64,000 nt of DNA. It comes from Eubacteriales bacterium. Its GTDB lineage: Bacteria > Bacillota > Clostridia > Oscillospirales > CAG-272. A program made the translations under genes and the position numbers. Location: positions 212 through 64,211 of the forward strand of contig JBGVEW010000035.1 of assembly GCA_045120465.1 (NCBI GenBank), given 5' to 3'. Every line of letters begins with the position of its first letter. Position 1 is the stretch's first letter. Shown piece by piece: positions 37,901-45,328 of this stretch. Under the pieces are notes generated by a model. That model did not search any database. It was not told the origin of the DNA and saw only the letters and a list, made by a program, of their open reading frames with translations.

Positions 37901-40253
37901 AGGTCTTGTCGCCCGTACCGCCTTCACCGTAGTTGTAGGTAACGGTGTACTTGTTGGGCGTGTAGTATGCGTACAGAACGATTGCACCGGTTTCTGCAAA
38001 CAGCGTATCGGTATAAGCCATACCGTTGGATGCAGGGCCGCCGGGAACGTTGTACCAGCTATTGAATGTATAGCCGGTCTTTTCGGTGGTGGGAAGCTCA
38101 ATGCGATCCCCTACAGCCTTATACTGTACGTCGATCGCGCTGCCTCCGCGGGTGTCGAAGATCACAGCGTATGCCGTTACGTCAACGGTGAGCCACTCGG
38201 AAGGACGGCCGTCGTTGGTCAGGAAACGAACCTTCAGGGTGTTCTTGCCCTCACGGGTCAGAGCAACCTTAACGGCAAAGGAACCGTCGGTAACGCTGAT
38301 GACGTTGCCGTTGTTGACCTGAAGTTCATAGGAGGATGCGCCGAGAACGGGAGTCCAGGAGAGGATGCCCTCGGAGTAGGTGACCTTGTTACCGTTTGCG
38401 TTGTACACAGCAGTAACCGCATCGCTCCAGAGAGAAGCCTGATCGCCCATTGCGCGAACGCTGATCGCATATGCGTTGCCTTCAACGTAGGTCAATGCAC
38501 CGGTCAGATCAAGGCTGTTGGTAGTAGCTTCGAGAACCGTATCGCCAACCTTTACCTCGTACTTGGTAGCTCCCTCAACAGCCGTCCAGGAAAGCAGATA
38601 GCCGGAGAGACGCAGGTCAGCGGGAGTTGCGAGATTGCTCTTTTGATAGATGTACTCGCTTGCCGCGGGAGAAGCGTAGCCACGGGTTACGGGATAAACC
38701 TTAACCACGATTCCGTTCTTCACGGATGCGCACTCCTTGAGGCTGACAAAGGTCTTGGTGCCGTTGTTTACGAATGCATGGTTGTGAGCGGCGTTACCGC
38801 AAGCCACGGATACCATGTAGTAAGCAGCGTTCTCAACCTCGTCCCAACGAACGGTCTGGGTTGCTTCGTCAAAACGAATGCCCTCAACCGCGCCGAGAAC
38901 CTTCTTATAAACGAATTCCTTAGAGGTGGAAGCGACGTAACCCTCGCCGATTGCCGTTACCGTAAAGCGGATACCCTCTTCGGTCATGGTGCAGTTTGCA
39001 AAGTTGAATACTCTGGAAGTACCGTTATCAAAAGCGGTGTGCTGATGATCGGGATTTCCGCATACAACGTTGATAACGTACTTGTCAGCACCCTCAACGG
39101 TGTTGTAAATGAGCATGGAATCGACAACGGTGAACAGAGAAACGCGTCTGAGTGCCTTATTCGTGTAGAATCTGACTGCCTCGGAGTTGTTGACGTCGTT
39201 GTTCGCCTTTGCGATCACGTGAACCTCGTACTCGCCTGCGGGCAGAGTATCGAAGGAGAAGTTGTAGGAAGTAGCGGGTGCGCTTGCCTCAACGACTGCT
39301 TCGCCGTCGGCATTGATGATCTTGATATCGTAAGATCTTGCGCCCTCTACGGAGTTCCAAATGATCACACCGGACTCAATGTTGACAACGGGAGCAGCGA
39401 GACGGTCGCCCGTATCGATTGCTTGCCAGAGTGCATACAGCGTGGTATGCGCATCCAGTGCCATACCTTCCTGATAGCGGAAGGAAAGCTTGTTACCGTT
39501 ATCGGTCATGCTGATCCACCAGCCCATGAACTCGTACCCGTCTCTCTCGGGAACGGGGAGATCATAAAGCTTAGCACCCTTGGTGGTGAGGGATTCGGGA
39601 ACCTCGGTTGCGGTGTAGTTGAGGTCAAAGTCAACGGTATATTCGATACCGTCGGCAGACGCCTCAGTCCAACGCGCGTAAACCGTAGTGTCACCGGTAA
39701 TGGGCTGTGCATCGAACGCAAACGCAGTCTTAAAGCTGCTGTCTGCATACCAACCGACAAACAGGTAGCCCTCACGGGTGGGATCGGCAGGCTTTTCGAG
39801 CGTTTTGCCGTTGAGAACGGAAGCGTCCTCAATCTCGCTACCACCGTTGGTCTCGAAGTTCACCGTGTAGGTTACCTTCTTCAAGAAACGCATAGTAGCT
39901 TCCTCGTAAGTCAGGGTAATCACGTTGCCGGAAAGTGCCGCCTCAATCGTTTCCTTGCCTTCGGCATGGAAATCAAGGGAGAGGACACCCTCGTTCAACG
40001 CATATACGCCGGACTCGAGCTTGCCTTTTACATCAAGAGTAAACGAACCGCCGGCATTGAGTGTGAGCGTATACTCTTGTACGCCACCGTCAAAATAATA
40101 CACACCGGCTTCGGGCCATTCGGTCTTACCGGGCTCCTCTGGTTGTTCCGGTTCCTGGTTGCACGCTGCCATCACAATGATGAGCACCGTAGCCAAAAGA
40201 ATCGAGGCAACTGCAGACAGGACACCGACAAGAGTCTTCTTGGTCATTTTCAT
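31974..40253 (-). CDS. giant surface lipoprotein with InlB-B/Flg_new repeats, FN3-like modules, very long BspA-type LRR arrays and a C-terminal PPC-like domain
   Basis: 2,759 aa, ATG at 40253 with GGAGG 9 nt upstream, lipobox in ..LIIVMAACN. Repeats include REGYLFVGWYADSSF..TVYARW and many copies of IG..AF..C..L. The C-terminus YYVFTAAESGSYTFEADH..GDTYCGLY..ETYYVVVKCYS resembles pre-peptidase C-terminal domains. Confidence 0.9.
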   Translation of the reverse strand: MKMTKKTLVGVLSAVASILLATVLIIVMAACNQEPEQPEEPGKTEWPEAGVYYFDGGVQEYTLTLNAGGSFTLDVKGKLESGVYALNEGVLSLDFHAEGKETIEAALSGNVITLTYEEATMRFLKKVTYTVNFETNGGSEIEDASVLNGKTLEKPADPTREGYLFVGWYADSSFKTAFAFDAQPITGDTTVYARWTEASADGIEYTVDFDLNYTATEVPESLTTKGAKLYDLPVPERDGYEFMGWWISMTDNGNKLSFRYQEGMALDAHTTLYALWQAIDTGDRLAAPVVNIESGVIIWNSVEGARSYDIKIINADGEAVVEASAPATSYNFSFDTLPAGEYEVHVIAKANNDVNNSEAVRFYTNKALRRVSLFTVVDSMLIYNTVEGADKYVINVVCGNPDHQHTAFDNGTSRVFNFANCTMTEEGIRFTVTAIGEGYVASTSKEFVYKKVLGAVEGIRFDEATQTVRWDEVENAAYYMVSVACGNAAHNHAFVNNGTKTFVSLKECASVKNGIVVKVYPVTRGYASPAASEYIYQKSNLATPADLRLSGYLLSWTAVEGATKYEVKVGDTVLEATTNSLDLTGALTYVEGNAYAISVRAMGDQASLWSDAVTAVYNANGNKVTYSEGILSWTPVLGASSYELQVNNGNVISVTDGSFAVKVALTREGKNTLKVRFLTNDGRPSEWLTVDVTAYAVIFDTRGGSAIDVQYKAVGDRIELPTTEKTGYTFNSWYNVPGGPASNGMAYTDTLFAETGAIVLYAYYTPNKYTVTYNYGEGGTGDKTSDEVFYEQTYQLTVPTPADAAGAFGGWYSEPYGNGIRYTDAKGNALTHWADLENKELHAFWINEALSFNLSKVNGKDAYVVAKGPRIALVDEITIPATYQGLPVAMVAGNAFANCTNLKVINLPDTIQQISQITPFGGCTRLTAVNVYKTAEGVAPVYSSRDGVLFENDANGVATKLLYMPMAKTGTYAIPAGITEIPAEALKDSVLSKIIIPASVTKIGKEAFANSTNLTSVVFESAVSGAEQNLVIEARAFAGCTKLASLRLPGRLTNVALSKYTLTDGVISTETPDDAFFGCTALTTIEIAANNQYYKVINGAIYSKDAKTLYYVPATVSGAFTPATGTQTIAAGAFIGTNVTEVTLPNTVSLVGECAFYNTAITKVTFEDRGFNNVVIGKYAFRNCAALAEVVLGTGSRLAVISEGAFYGCSELESFSIPATVTEIGKEAFRDCFKLSELVFANDGNAPTFGADAFYNCASLESVTLPSNITELPAIFGGCTSLVEINVPNGVYFTTEDGILYNKDVTELVFVPQGKVEDITIPESVKKIGNGVFKGNKALWQNTLTLPAGLEEIGNEAFKESHIGNIVFAEVATAESLTIGANAFEQALLGTLVIPANTTSIGAHAFEWATADAIILSEGVQSLGEYAFYKTTTEEAVVIPASLKSIGAYCFGGQEGGYWDPSYGVEVELTVEGSVLETIGEYAFYQNPNLTEITIPASVKSIGAYAFFEGFVNTLNFAEGCQLQTIGEYAFADSYDSWNDKDGLGDLTLPASLIYIGQYAFQNSGITSLTFESAYPVADEATADLVLGAYSFTDNKIEVVNLSYNVVEIGVGAFMECGVYSYSNGGSFTVNFAADGKLAIIGESAFEESYLSGDIVLPASLANQDPIVEGSTATNRLAVGARAFYGTDITSVTFTSGMGEVTIGAEAFVDCEDLVTVNLPANLASYTTAEGIVITGIEGGGAAFAVSGSWSTSSLTSITVAESEHAIFAVIDGILYLTDSEDQPIELVLCPAQNAGTEGKITIPATVKVIHANAFKKCTLITEILFADNSALETIGAEAFANCDELVSISIPSGVTSIGDKAFYSCDELASLTLPAALANFNASLIEDCDNLQTITINGDSTTMVSVNGVLFSADLKTLLYYPIGLTATEYTVPAGTENIAPNAFANNNVLTTIVLPAGLKTIGERAFFYCTELTTVNIPNTVVSIGSYAFATTESLENLVFEENGADDLEIADHAFNYAGRYANGIEVAFPARLTKIGDNAFFGTKLKAATFATENSRLTVLGNSVFNDTPLTTIALPAGLVSMGDEVFFGCDALTTVTIGEGLTTMGDRVFAGATALTSVSFPASLKTMGINTFYYYAYGANACENLSSITFAEGSQLEAIPAGTFAYTAITSFEIPASVTAILDRDITADHDETPGAFEGCAALETITFAENPKCAVIGAYAFYECTALKNVTIPTSVSTINENAFDSCSALESLVLPETVTNFGSAAFSACMSLSNLVLNTKATTLPSMLFANCHALTEVTIPASVTALAGAFSNCRSLEAYYVEDGSTSFKAIGGVLYSADGKTLLSYPIAKADRTFTVPKEVTLIADSAVARASKLQVLLFEEGGTEDLVIAEEAFYYCESLMSVMLPANLVEIQDYAFGYCDKLVEVYNMSGLEIEENSYSNPGDLKAYHVYTAEEGESALRTEGDFVLFDYDETESYILAYNGTDASITLPENVYGVFAKAFLGCDHVVEIIIPVGYSYMPNDAFDGCNASMVLLVKEAEKPSSWTSYWADSYAVVWGYDGEMHTYTFVTGNDTVIDPIETMLAITVPADLEMEGYVFCGWFNNEACEGKRLSGPYYSATATTLYAKWMTEEEFASQKSGDSFEEAIIITLNTPMHAVVDEPREKRYYVFTAAESGSYTFEADHTTATYGDTYCGLYKADDLDWEWDYDDDGGEGYHFKLTANLTAGETYYVVVKCYSSNTGEFDFTVTKD

Positions 40254-40358
40254 ACTGTCTAACCTCCATTTATTTTTTTCGCTTGCGCGAATGGGTTACG
40301 TAATGATAAAATGCATAGATTGCGAATGTACTACGTAAAAGGGGGGGCGGGAGAGGGC

Positions 40359-40628
40359 TCAGAGCAGGAAAAGATAGAGCAACAACGCCGCCAGAGCAAA
40401 AGCTCCGACCAAGCAGAGCAGCATCGGTCCGTAAACCGAAAACGCCGCCGCGATCATCGCGCGCTTTTCTCGGAAATTGAAGCTGACGTAACGCTTTCTC
40501 TGCTCGTCAAACGCTTCCTGTTCCTCGGGAGTTCTCCCGTGCAAAGCCGCCATCGAGTACACGGTATCCCCCGTGTCCTCGTAATAGACGACCTTGCGTT
40601 TTTTCTTCTTAGATTGTTTTTCTTTCAT
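40359..40628 (-). CDS. small membrane protein (89 aa), unknown function
   Basis: Its ATG overlaps the preceding ATPase stop (ATGA at 40628-40625). It has a lysine-rich N-terminus and a C-terminal TM helix MLLCLVGAFALAALLLYLFLL. Confidence 0.5.
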   Translation of the reverse strand: MKEKQSKKKKRKVVYYEDTGDTVYSMAALHGRTPEEQEAFDEQRKRYVSFNFREKRAMIAAAFSVYGPMLLCLVGAFALAALLLYLFLL

Positions 40629-41671
40629 GCTTCGGGAGTTGCCTCGGGAGCATCGGGGGGATTCCCACCCTCACACAAGTGGCAGGCAACGAAATGTCCG
40701 GGTGCGACCTCGGTCATTTGCGGAGCTTCCTCACGGCACCGATCGGTGCAGTACTTGCAACGGGTATGGAATTTGCATCCCTTGGGGGGATTGGTGGGGC
40801 TGGGAAGCTCGCCTTCCAGCGCCACGGGGTCGGATTTGTGATGCGGATTTGCCACGGGAACTGCGGAGAACAGCGCCTTGGTGTAAGGATGCTGTGCGTT
40901 GGTGCAGATCTCCTTGGTCGAACCCATCTCTACAACGTTTCCGAGATACATGACCGCGATCTCATCCGAGATGTACTTGACGACCGAGAGGTCGTGGGAA
41001 ATGAACAGATAGGACATTCCCTCTTCTCTCTGCAGCTTTTTGAGCAGGTTGATGATCTGTGCCTGAATGGACACGTCAAGTGCCGAAACGGGCTCGTCAC
41101 AAATGACCAGCTTGGGCTTTACCGCCAAAGCACGCGCGATGCAGATTCTCTGACGCTGACCGCCCGAAAACTCGTGCGGATAGCGATCGTAGTAATGCTC
41201 CTGCAAACCGCAACGCTTCATGATGGTACGAACGTAGCTTGTGACCTCGTTTGCGGGAACGACGTTGTGCACGCGTACCGCTTCACCAATGATCTCGCCA
41301 ACCGTCATACGGGGGGGCAAGGAGGAGTACGGGTCCTGGAAAATGAGCTGCAGCTCGGTGCGGAGCTTAGAAAGTCCGCGACGGTTCAGCTTTGCCAGAT
41401 CGTAGAACTGATCCTTTCCGTTTGCGTCCGTGGTCTTATAAAGAGCACTTCCCTCGGTAACGTCGTACAAGCGGAGAATGGTACGCCCGAGCGTGGTCTT
41501 ACCGCAACCGGATTCTCCTACGATACCAAGCGTTTTGCCGCGTTCCAGATCAAAGGAAACGCCGTCAACAGCCTTTAGGAATGCGGTGGGATGACCGAAC
41601 ATATCCTTTTTGACGGGAAAATGCTGCTTCAGTCCCTTGACTTGCAGAATGTAATCCTTTTCTTCCATCAT
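40625..41671 (-). CDS. peptide ABC transporter ATP-binding protein (OppF/DppF type)
   Basis: Walker A is GESGCGKTT, signature is FSGGQRQR and Walker B is [14 protein letters not shown]-terminal oligopeptide-transporter domain is present. Confidence 0.9.
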   Translation of the reverse strand: MMEEKDYILQVKGLKQHFPVKKDMFGHPTAFLKAVDGVSFDLERGKTLGIVGESGCGKTTLGRTILRLYDVTEGSALYKTTDANGKDQFYDLAKLNRRGLSKLRTELQLIFQDPYSSLPPRMTVGEIIGEAVRVHNVVPANEVTSYVRTIMKRCGLQEHYYDRYPHEFSGGQRQRICIARALAVKPKLVICDEPVSALDVSIQAQIINLLKKLQREEGMSYLFISHDLSVVKYISDEIAVMYLGNVVEMGSTKEICTNAQHPYTKALFSAVPVANPHHKSDPVALEGELPSPTNPPKGCKFHTRCKYCTDRCREEAPQMTEVAPGHFVACHLCEGGNPPDAPEATPEA

Positions 41672-42843
41672 TCCTCACCTTTCTCCTCGTCGTACAGGTG
41701 GCAGAACACGCTGTGCGTCTCGGTAATCTTGATCTCTCTGGGATACGTGCCCGCGCACTTTCCGCAACGGCGATTACATCTTCCCTTGAAGAGACACTCG
41801 TCGGGAATATTGATGGGGTTGGGCACGTTTCCGGGGATGCTGTAAAGCTCATCCGCCGCATCGGATTCCAAGGAGGGCTTTGCCTTTTGGATACCGATGG
41901 TGTAGGGGTGCATAGGATTATCGAAAATCTCATACACGGTTCCCTTTTCCACGATCTTACCCGCGTACATGACCACTACGTAGTCTGCCATCTCGGCAAC
42001 GACGCCAAGGTCGTGCGTGATCAGCATAACCGATGCGCCGCACTCCTTTTGCACCTTTTTCAGCAGGCGCAAAATTTGGCTCTGAATGGTAACGTCCAAC
42101 GCCGTGGTGGGCTCGTCGGCAATGATCAGCTTGGGGTTGCCCGTCAAGGCAATCGCAATCATGACTCTCTGACGCATACCGCCCGACAATTGGTGCGGAT
42201 AGTAGTTTACAATGGTTTCGGGCATCGGAATACCAACCAAAGAAAGCATTTCGATCGCCTTCTTTTCGGCATCCGCCTTGGTTGCCCCTTCGTTGTGGAG
42301 CAAATAGACCTCCTCGATCTGATATCCCACGGTAAACACGGGATTGAGGCTGGTCATCGGCTCCTGGAAGATCATGGAGATATCCTTACCTCTGATGCGG
42401 CACATCTCGTTGGTGGGCATCTTGGTAATGTCGTAGCATATGTTGTTGCCGTTCTCGTCCGTACCGAGGTCGCCGGTGTTAAAACGGATCTCTCCGCCAA
42501 CGACCTGACCCTGCGGTGCCTGAACCAACTGCATGATCGAAAGGCTGGTTACGCTCTTTCCGCATCCGGATTCTCCAACCAGACCGATGATCGAATCCTT
42601 GGGAACGTTGAACGTAATGCCGTTTACCGAACGGACAACGCCGTTATCGGTAAAGAAGTGGGTCTGCAGATTATCGATCTCCAAAACGTTGTCGTTCGAC
42701 TGCATCACGGTGGTGTAATCTGCGGGAGTCACCTTGCGACGCTTGATCTTTTCAAGGCGCTTCATTTCGCGAAGATTGCTTTTGATGATCGCGCGGCTCT
42801 CTTTCAAGGTGAGCGTATTGGGATTCTTTTGTTTCTTTGCCAT
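41668..42843 (-). CDS. peptide ABC transporter ATP-binding protein (OppD/DppD type)
   Basis: ATG at 42843 lies 5-7 nt after AGAGGTG; the ORF-track start at 42852 is a GTG. Walker A is GESGCGKSV, signature is LSGGMRQR and Walker B is LIIADEPTTALD. The stop overlaps the next start. Confidence 0.9.
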   Translation of the reverse strand: MAKKQKNPNTLTLKESRAIIKSNLREMKRLEKIKRRKVTPADYTTVMQSNDNVLEIDNLQTHFFTDNGVVRSVNGITFNVPKDSIIGLVGESGCGKSVTSLSIMQLVQAPQGQVVGGEIRFNTGDLGTDENGNNICYDITKMPTNEMCRIRGKDISMIFQEPMTSLNPVFTVGYQIEEVYLLHNEGATKADAEKKAIEMLSLVGIPMPETIVNYYPHQLSGGMRQRVMIAIALTGNPKLIIADEPTTALDVTIQSQILRLLKKVQKECGASVMLITHDLGVVAEMADYVVVMYAGKIVEKGTVYEIFDNPMHPYTIGIQKAKPSLESDAADELYSIPGNVPNPINIPDECLFKGRCNRRCGKCAGTYPREIKITETHSVFCHLYDEEKGEE

Positions 42844-42848
42844 CCTAA

Positions 42849-43916
42849 TCACCTCTTAGACTTGGGGTCCATTGCGTCACGCAGACCGTCGCCAACAAAG
42901 TTGAACGCCAGAACCGCGATAACGATCAGAATACCCGCCGGAATCCAAAGTGTCGGATAGGACGCCATCGTAACGGGGTCGGTAGAGGAAGAGATCATCG
43001 TTCCCCACGCGGCGTACGGGAGCGGGATACCCAGACCCAGGTAGCTCAACGTGGACTCGTAAAGAATGATGCTTCCCAGACCCAGCGTCATCGACACGAT
43101 CAGCTGCGGCATGATGTTGGGAACGAGGTGCTTGAAGATTCGTCTCCAAACGGGAATACCCATAACCTCGCAGGCAACGATATACTCCTGCTCACGCAGG
43201 TAGAGGATCTGACCTCTTACCATTCTCGCGGTGCCGCTCCAACCGAAAATGGTTAATATGACCATCAAATAGTAAATTCTCATGTGGGATTCGATGCCCC
43301 ATGAATCGATAACCGCGGATGCGATCAAAAGGATCGGCAGCGTGGGGATACAGTTGAGAATATCCACCAAACGCATGATCAGCTGGTCGATCTTGCCGCC
43401 AAAGTAACCCGAAATACCGCCCAGAATGACACCGAGGATGGTCTCCAGAATAACGACCACAAATCCCAAGGTCAGGGAGATACGTCCACCGTACATCAAA
43501 CGGATGAACACGTCAAGTCCCTTTTCGTCGGTTCCGAGAGGGTGAGAAGAAGAGGTCGGCGCGTACGCGTTGATATCTACCGTGTCCTCAAAGAACTGAT
43601 AGGTCTTGATGGGGTTGCCGTTGGCGTCAACGGTATCGATCCAATACCCCGAACGCTTTACGGTAGGGGTATGGTCGGTATCGGTTTCATACCATTCATA
43701 GCCGAACAGATGCATAACAGGGGGACCTGCAAAGGCGAATACAAAGAGTGCCACGAGCATGATAAGCCCAATCAGAGAGAGGCGGGAGCGGAAGAACCGC
43801 CGCGCTACCATCTGCGCGGGTGACATCTCCTTGTAATGCACCTCTACTTCAACTTCCTCGAGCGCATCCGTCGGATCTGTTCTTTTATCCATAGTTTCGT
43901 CCATAATTTTCTCCAT
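42849..43916 (-). CDS. peptide ABC transporter permease (OppC/DppC type)
   Basis: Typical BPD_transp_1 permease with an OppC N-terminal region. The start is ambiguous: ATG at 43916 or ATG at 43904 preceded by GGAGAA. Confidence 0.85.
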   Translation of the reverse strand: MEKIMDETMDKRTDPTDALEEVEVEVHYKEMSPAQMVARRFFRSRLSLIGLIMLVALFVFAFAGPPVMHLFGYEWYETDTDHTPTVKRSGYWIDTVDANGNPIKTYQFFEDTVDINAYAPTSSSHPLGTDEKGLDVFIRLMYGGRISLTLGFVVVILETILGVILGGISGYFGGKIDQLIMRLVDILNCIPTLPILLIASAVIDSWGIESHMRIYYLMVILTIFGWSGTARMVRGQILYLREQEYIVACEVMGIPVWRRIFKHLVPNIMPQLIVSMTLGLGSIILYESTLSYLGLGIPLPYAAWGTMISSSTDPVTMASYPTLWIPAGILIVIAVLAFNFVGDGLRDAMDPKSKR

Positions 43917-43933
43917 ATCGTTTGTCGGAATGC

Positions 43934-45304
43934 TTATTTGGAAAGCTTGACGCGCGGGTCAACAACCGCATACATCAGGTCGGAGAAGAGGGTTCCGATG
44001 ACCGTAAGGACTGCCAAGAACATATTGTAGCCCATGATAAACGGAATGTCTCCCTGCTGAAGTGCTTTATACGCCAAGCGCCCGATTCCGTCGATACTGA
44101 ACACTTCCTCGGTGATCATCGCGCCGCCAAACAGAGACGGCAGGATGCCCGCGAGAAGCGTCATCAAGGGGATCATGGTGTTGCGGAAGGCGTGTACGTA
44201 AATGACCTTCTTTTCGGAAAGTCCCTTGGAGCGTGCCGTACGGATGTAATCCGAGTTGAGCACCTCCAGCATATTGGTTCTGGTATAACGCATCAATCCA
44301 CCGATGGAAAGCACGACCAAAACCGTCATGGGGAGCACCAAGTGCCACAGCATGTCGCCAAGGTGTGCAAGACCTACGCTTGCGGACGCGCCGCTGACAA
44401 GACCCGATGCGGGGAACCAGCCAAGCCAGCTCGAAAAGATCTTGATAAGCAATGCCGCAAAGAAGAAGGAAGGAAGCGAAATACCGATCATGGTAACGAC
44501 CGTTACCGTGTAGTCACGCACCGAGTACTGATGCGTTGCGCTCGTGATACCCATGGGGATCGCGATGGCAAACTGCAGTACCAATGCGACGAGCGAAATG
44601 AAGAAGGAGATCCACATATGCTCGGCAATGACGGTGGAAACGGGCATCTGATACAAGAAGGATTGACCCATATCACCGCGGAGCATATTTCCGAGCCACG
44701 AGAAGTAACCCGAAAGGACTGCTCCGAATTTTTCCCAAACGGTAGCCGTTTTGTAAGAAACATCAAGGCTGTACGCCCTTGCGATGCTTGCATCGGGACG
44801 GAATTCGATCGCGCCGTCATTTGCCGTCCAGATACCCTGCTCCAAAGTTTTGGGATGATCCGCGTCGCGTTTATCCACGATGCGGTAAGCAAGCTCCTTT
44901 GACTTGGTGATTTCGATGATAAGAGAAACACCATCGAGCTGGCTGTTTGTGTACGTTCCGTCGTAAAACTCTTCAGAGGAAAGGAGCTTGCCCGTAAAGT
45001 CCTCGTATTCGGACACCTTGGTATCGGTACGGAAAACGGTTCCCGCGGAAATGACAACGTTCCCTTCCCCATCCTTTACTTCATTCAATTCGACGTCCAG
45101 ATATGCATCCGGCATATAAAGACCGTATCTCTTTTTAAAATCGTCAAGCTGTTCGCGGGTGATGGTTCCCTGCCCGAGCTGAGCCGAAAACTTTGTTTCC
45201 AAATAGTTTTGCGGCATCAGTCGAACAAGAAAGTAAATGATAATGGATACACCCAACAGAATGATGATTGAAAGACCGATTCGTTTCAGTATATATTTGA
45301 TCAT
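43934..45304 (-). CDS. peptide ABC transporter permease (OppB/DppB type) with a ~150-aa extracytoplasmic insertion
   Basis: Starts MIKYILKRIGLSIIILLGVSIIIYFLVRLMP (canonical OppB start). A long hydrophilic loop follows before the conserved permease core ..DYIRTARSKGLSEKKVIYVHAFRN.. Confidence 0.88.
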   Translation of the reverse strand: MIKYILKRIGLSIIILLGVSIIIYFLVRLMPQNYLETKFSAQLGQGTITREQLDDFKKRYGLYMPDAYLDVELNEVKDGEGNVVISAGTVFRTDTKVSEYEDFTGKLLSSEEFYDGTYTNSQLDGVSLIIEITKSKELAYRIVDKRDADHPKTLEQGIWTANDGAIEFRPDASIARAYSLDVSYKTATVWEKFGAVLSGYFSWLGNMLRGDMGQSFLYQMPVSTVIAEHMWISFFISLVALVLQFAIAIPMGITSATHQYSVRDYTVTVVTMIGISLPSFFFAALLIKIFSSWLGWFPASGLVSGASASVGLAHLGDMLWHLVLPMTVLVVLSIGGLMRYTRTNMLEVLNSDYIRTARSKGLSEKKVIYVHAFRNTMIPLMTLLAGILPSLFGGAMITEEVFSIDGIGRLAYKALQQGDIPFIMGYNMFLAVLTVIGTLFSDLMYAVVDPRVKLSK

Positions 45305-45328
45305 TCTGATATCCCTCGAATTCGAGTT

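Noticed and set aside
40296-40338. Invertible promoter (inverton) upstream of the giant LRR gene
   Set aside because: The inverted TACGTA-containing sequences are only 7-8 nt long and enclose about 28 nt. That is far smaller than known invertons, and no invertase gene is nearby. The sites are kept only as a possible operator motif.
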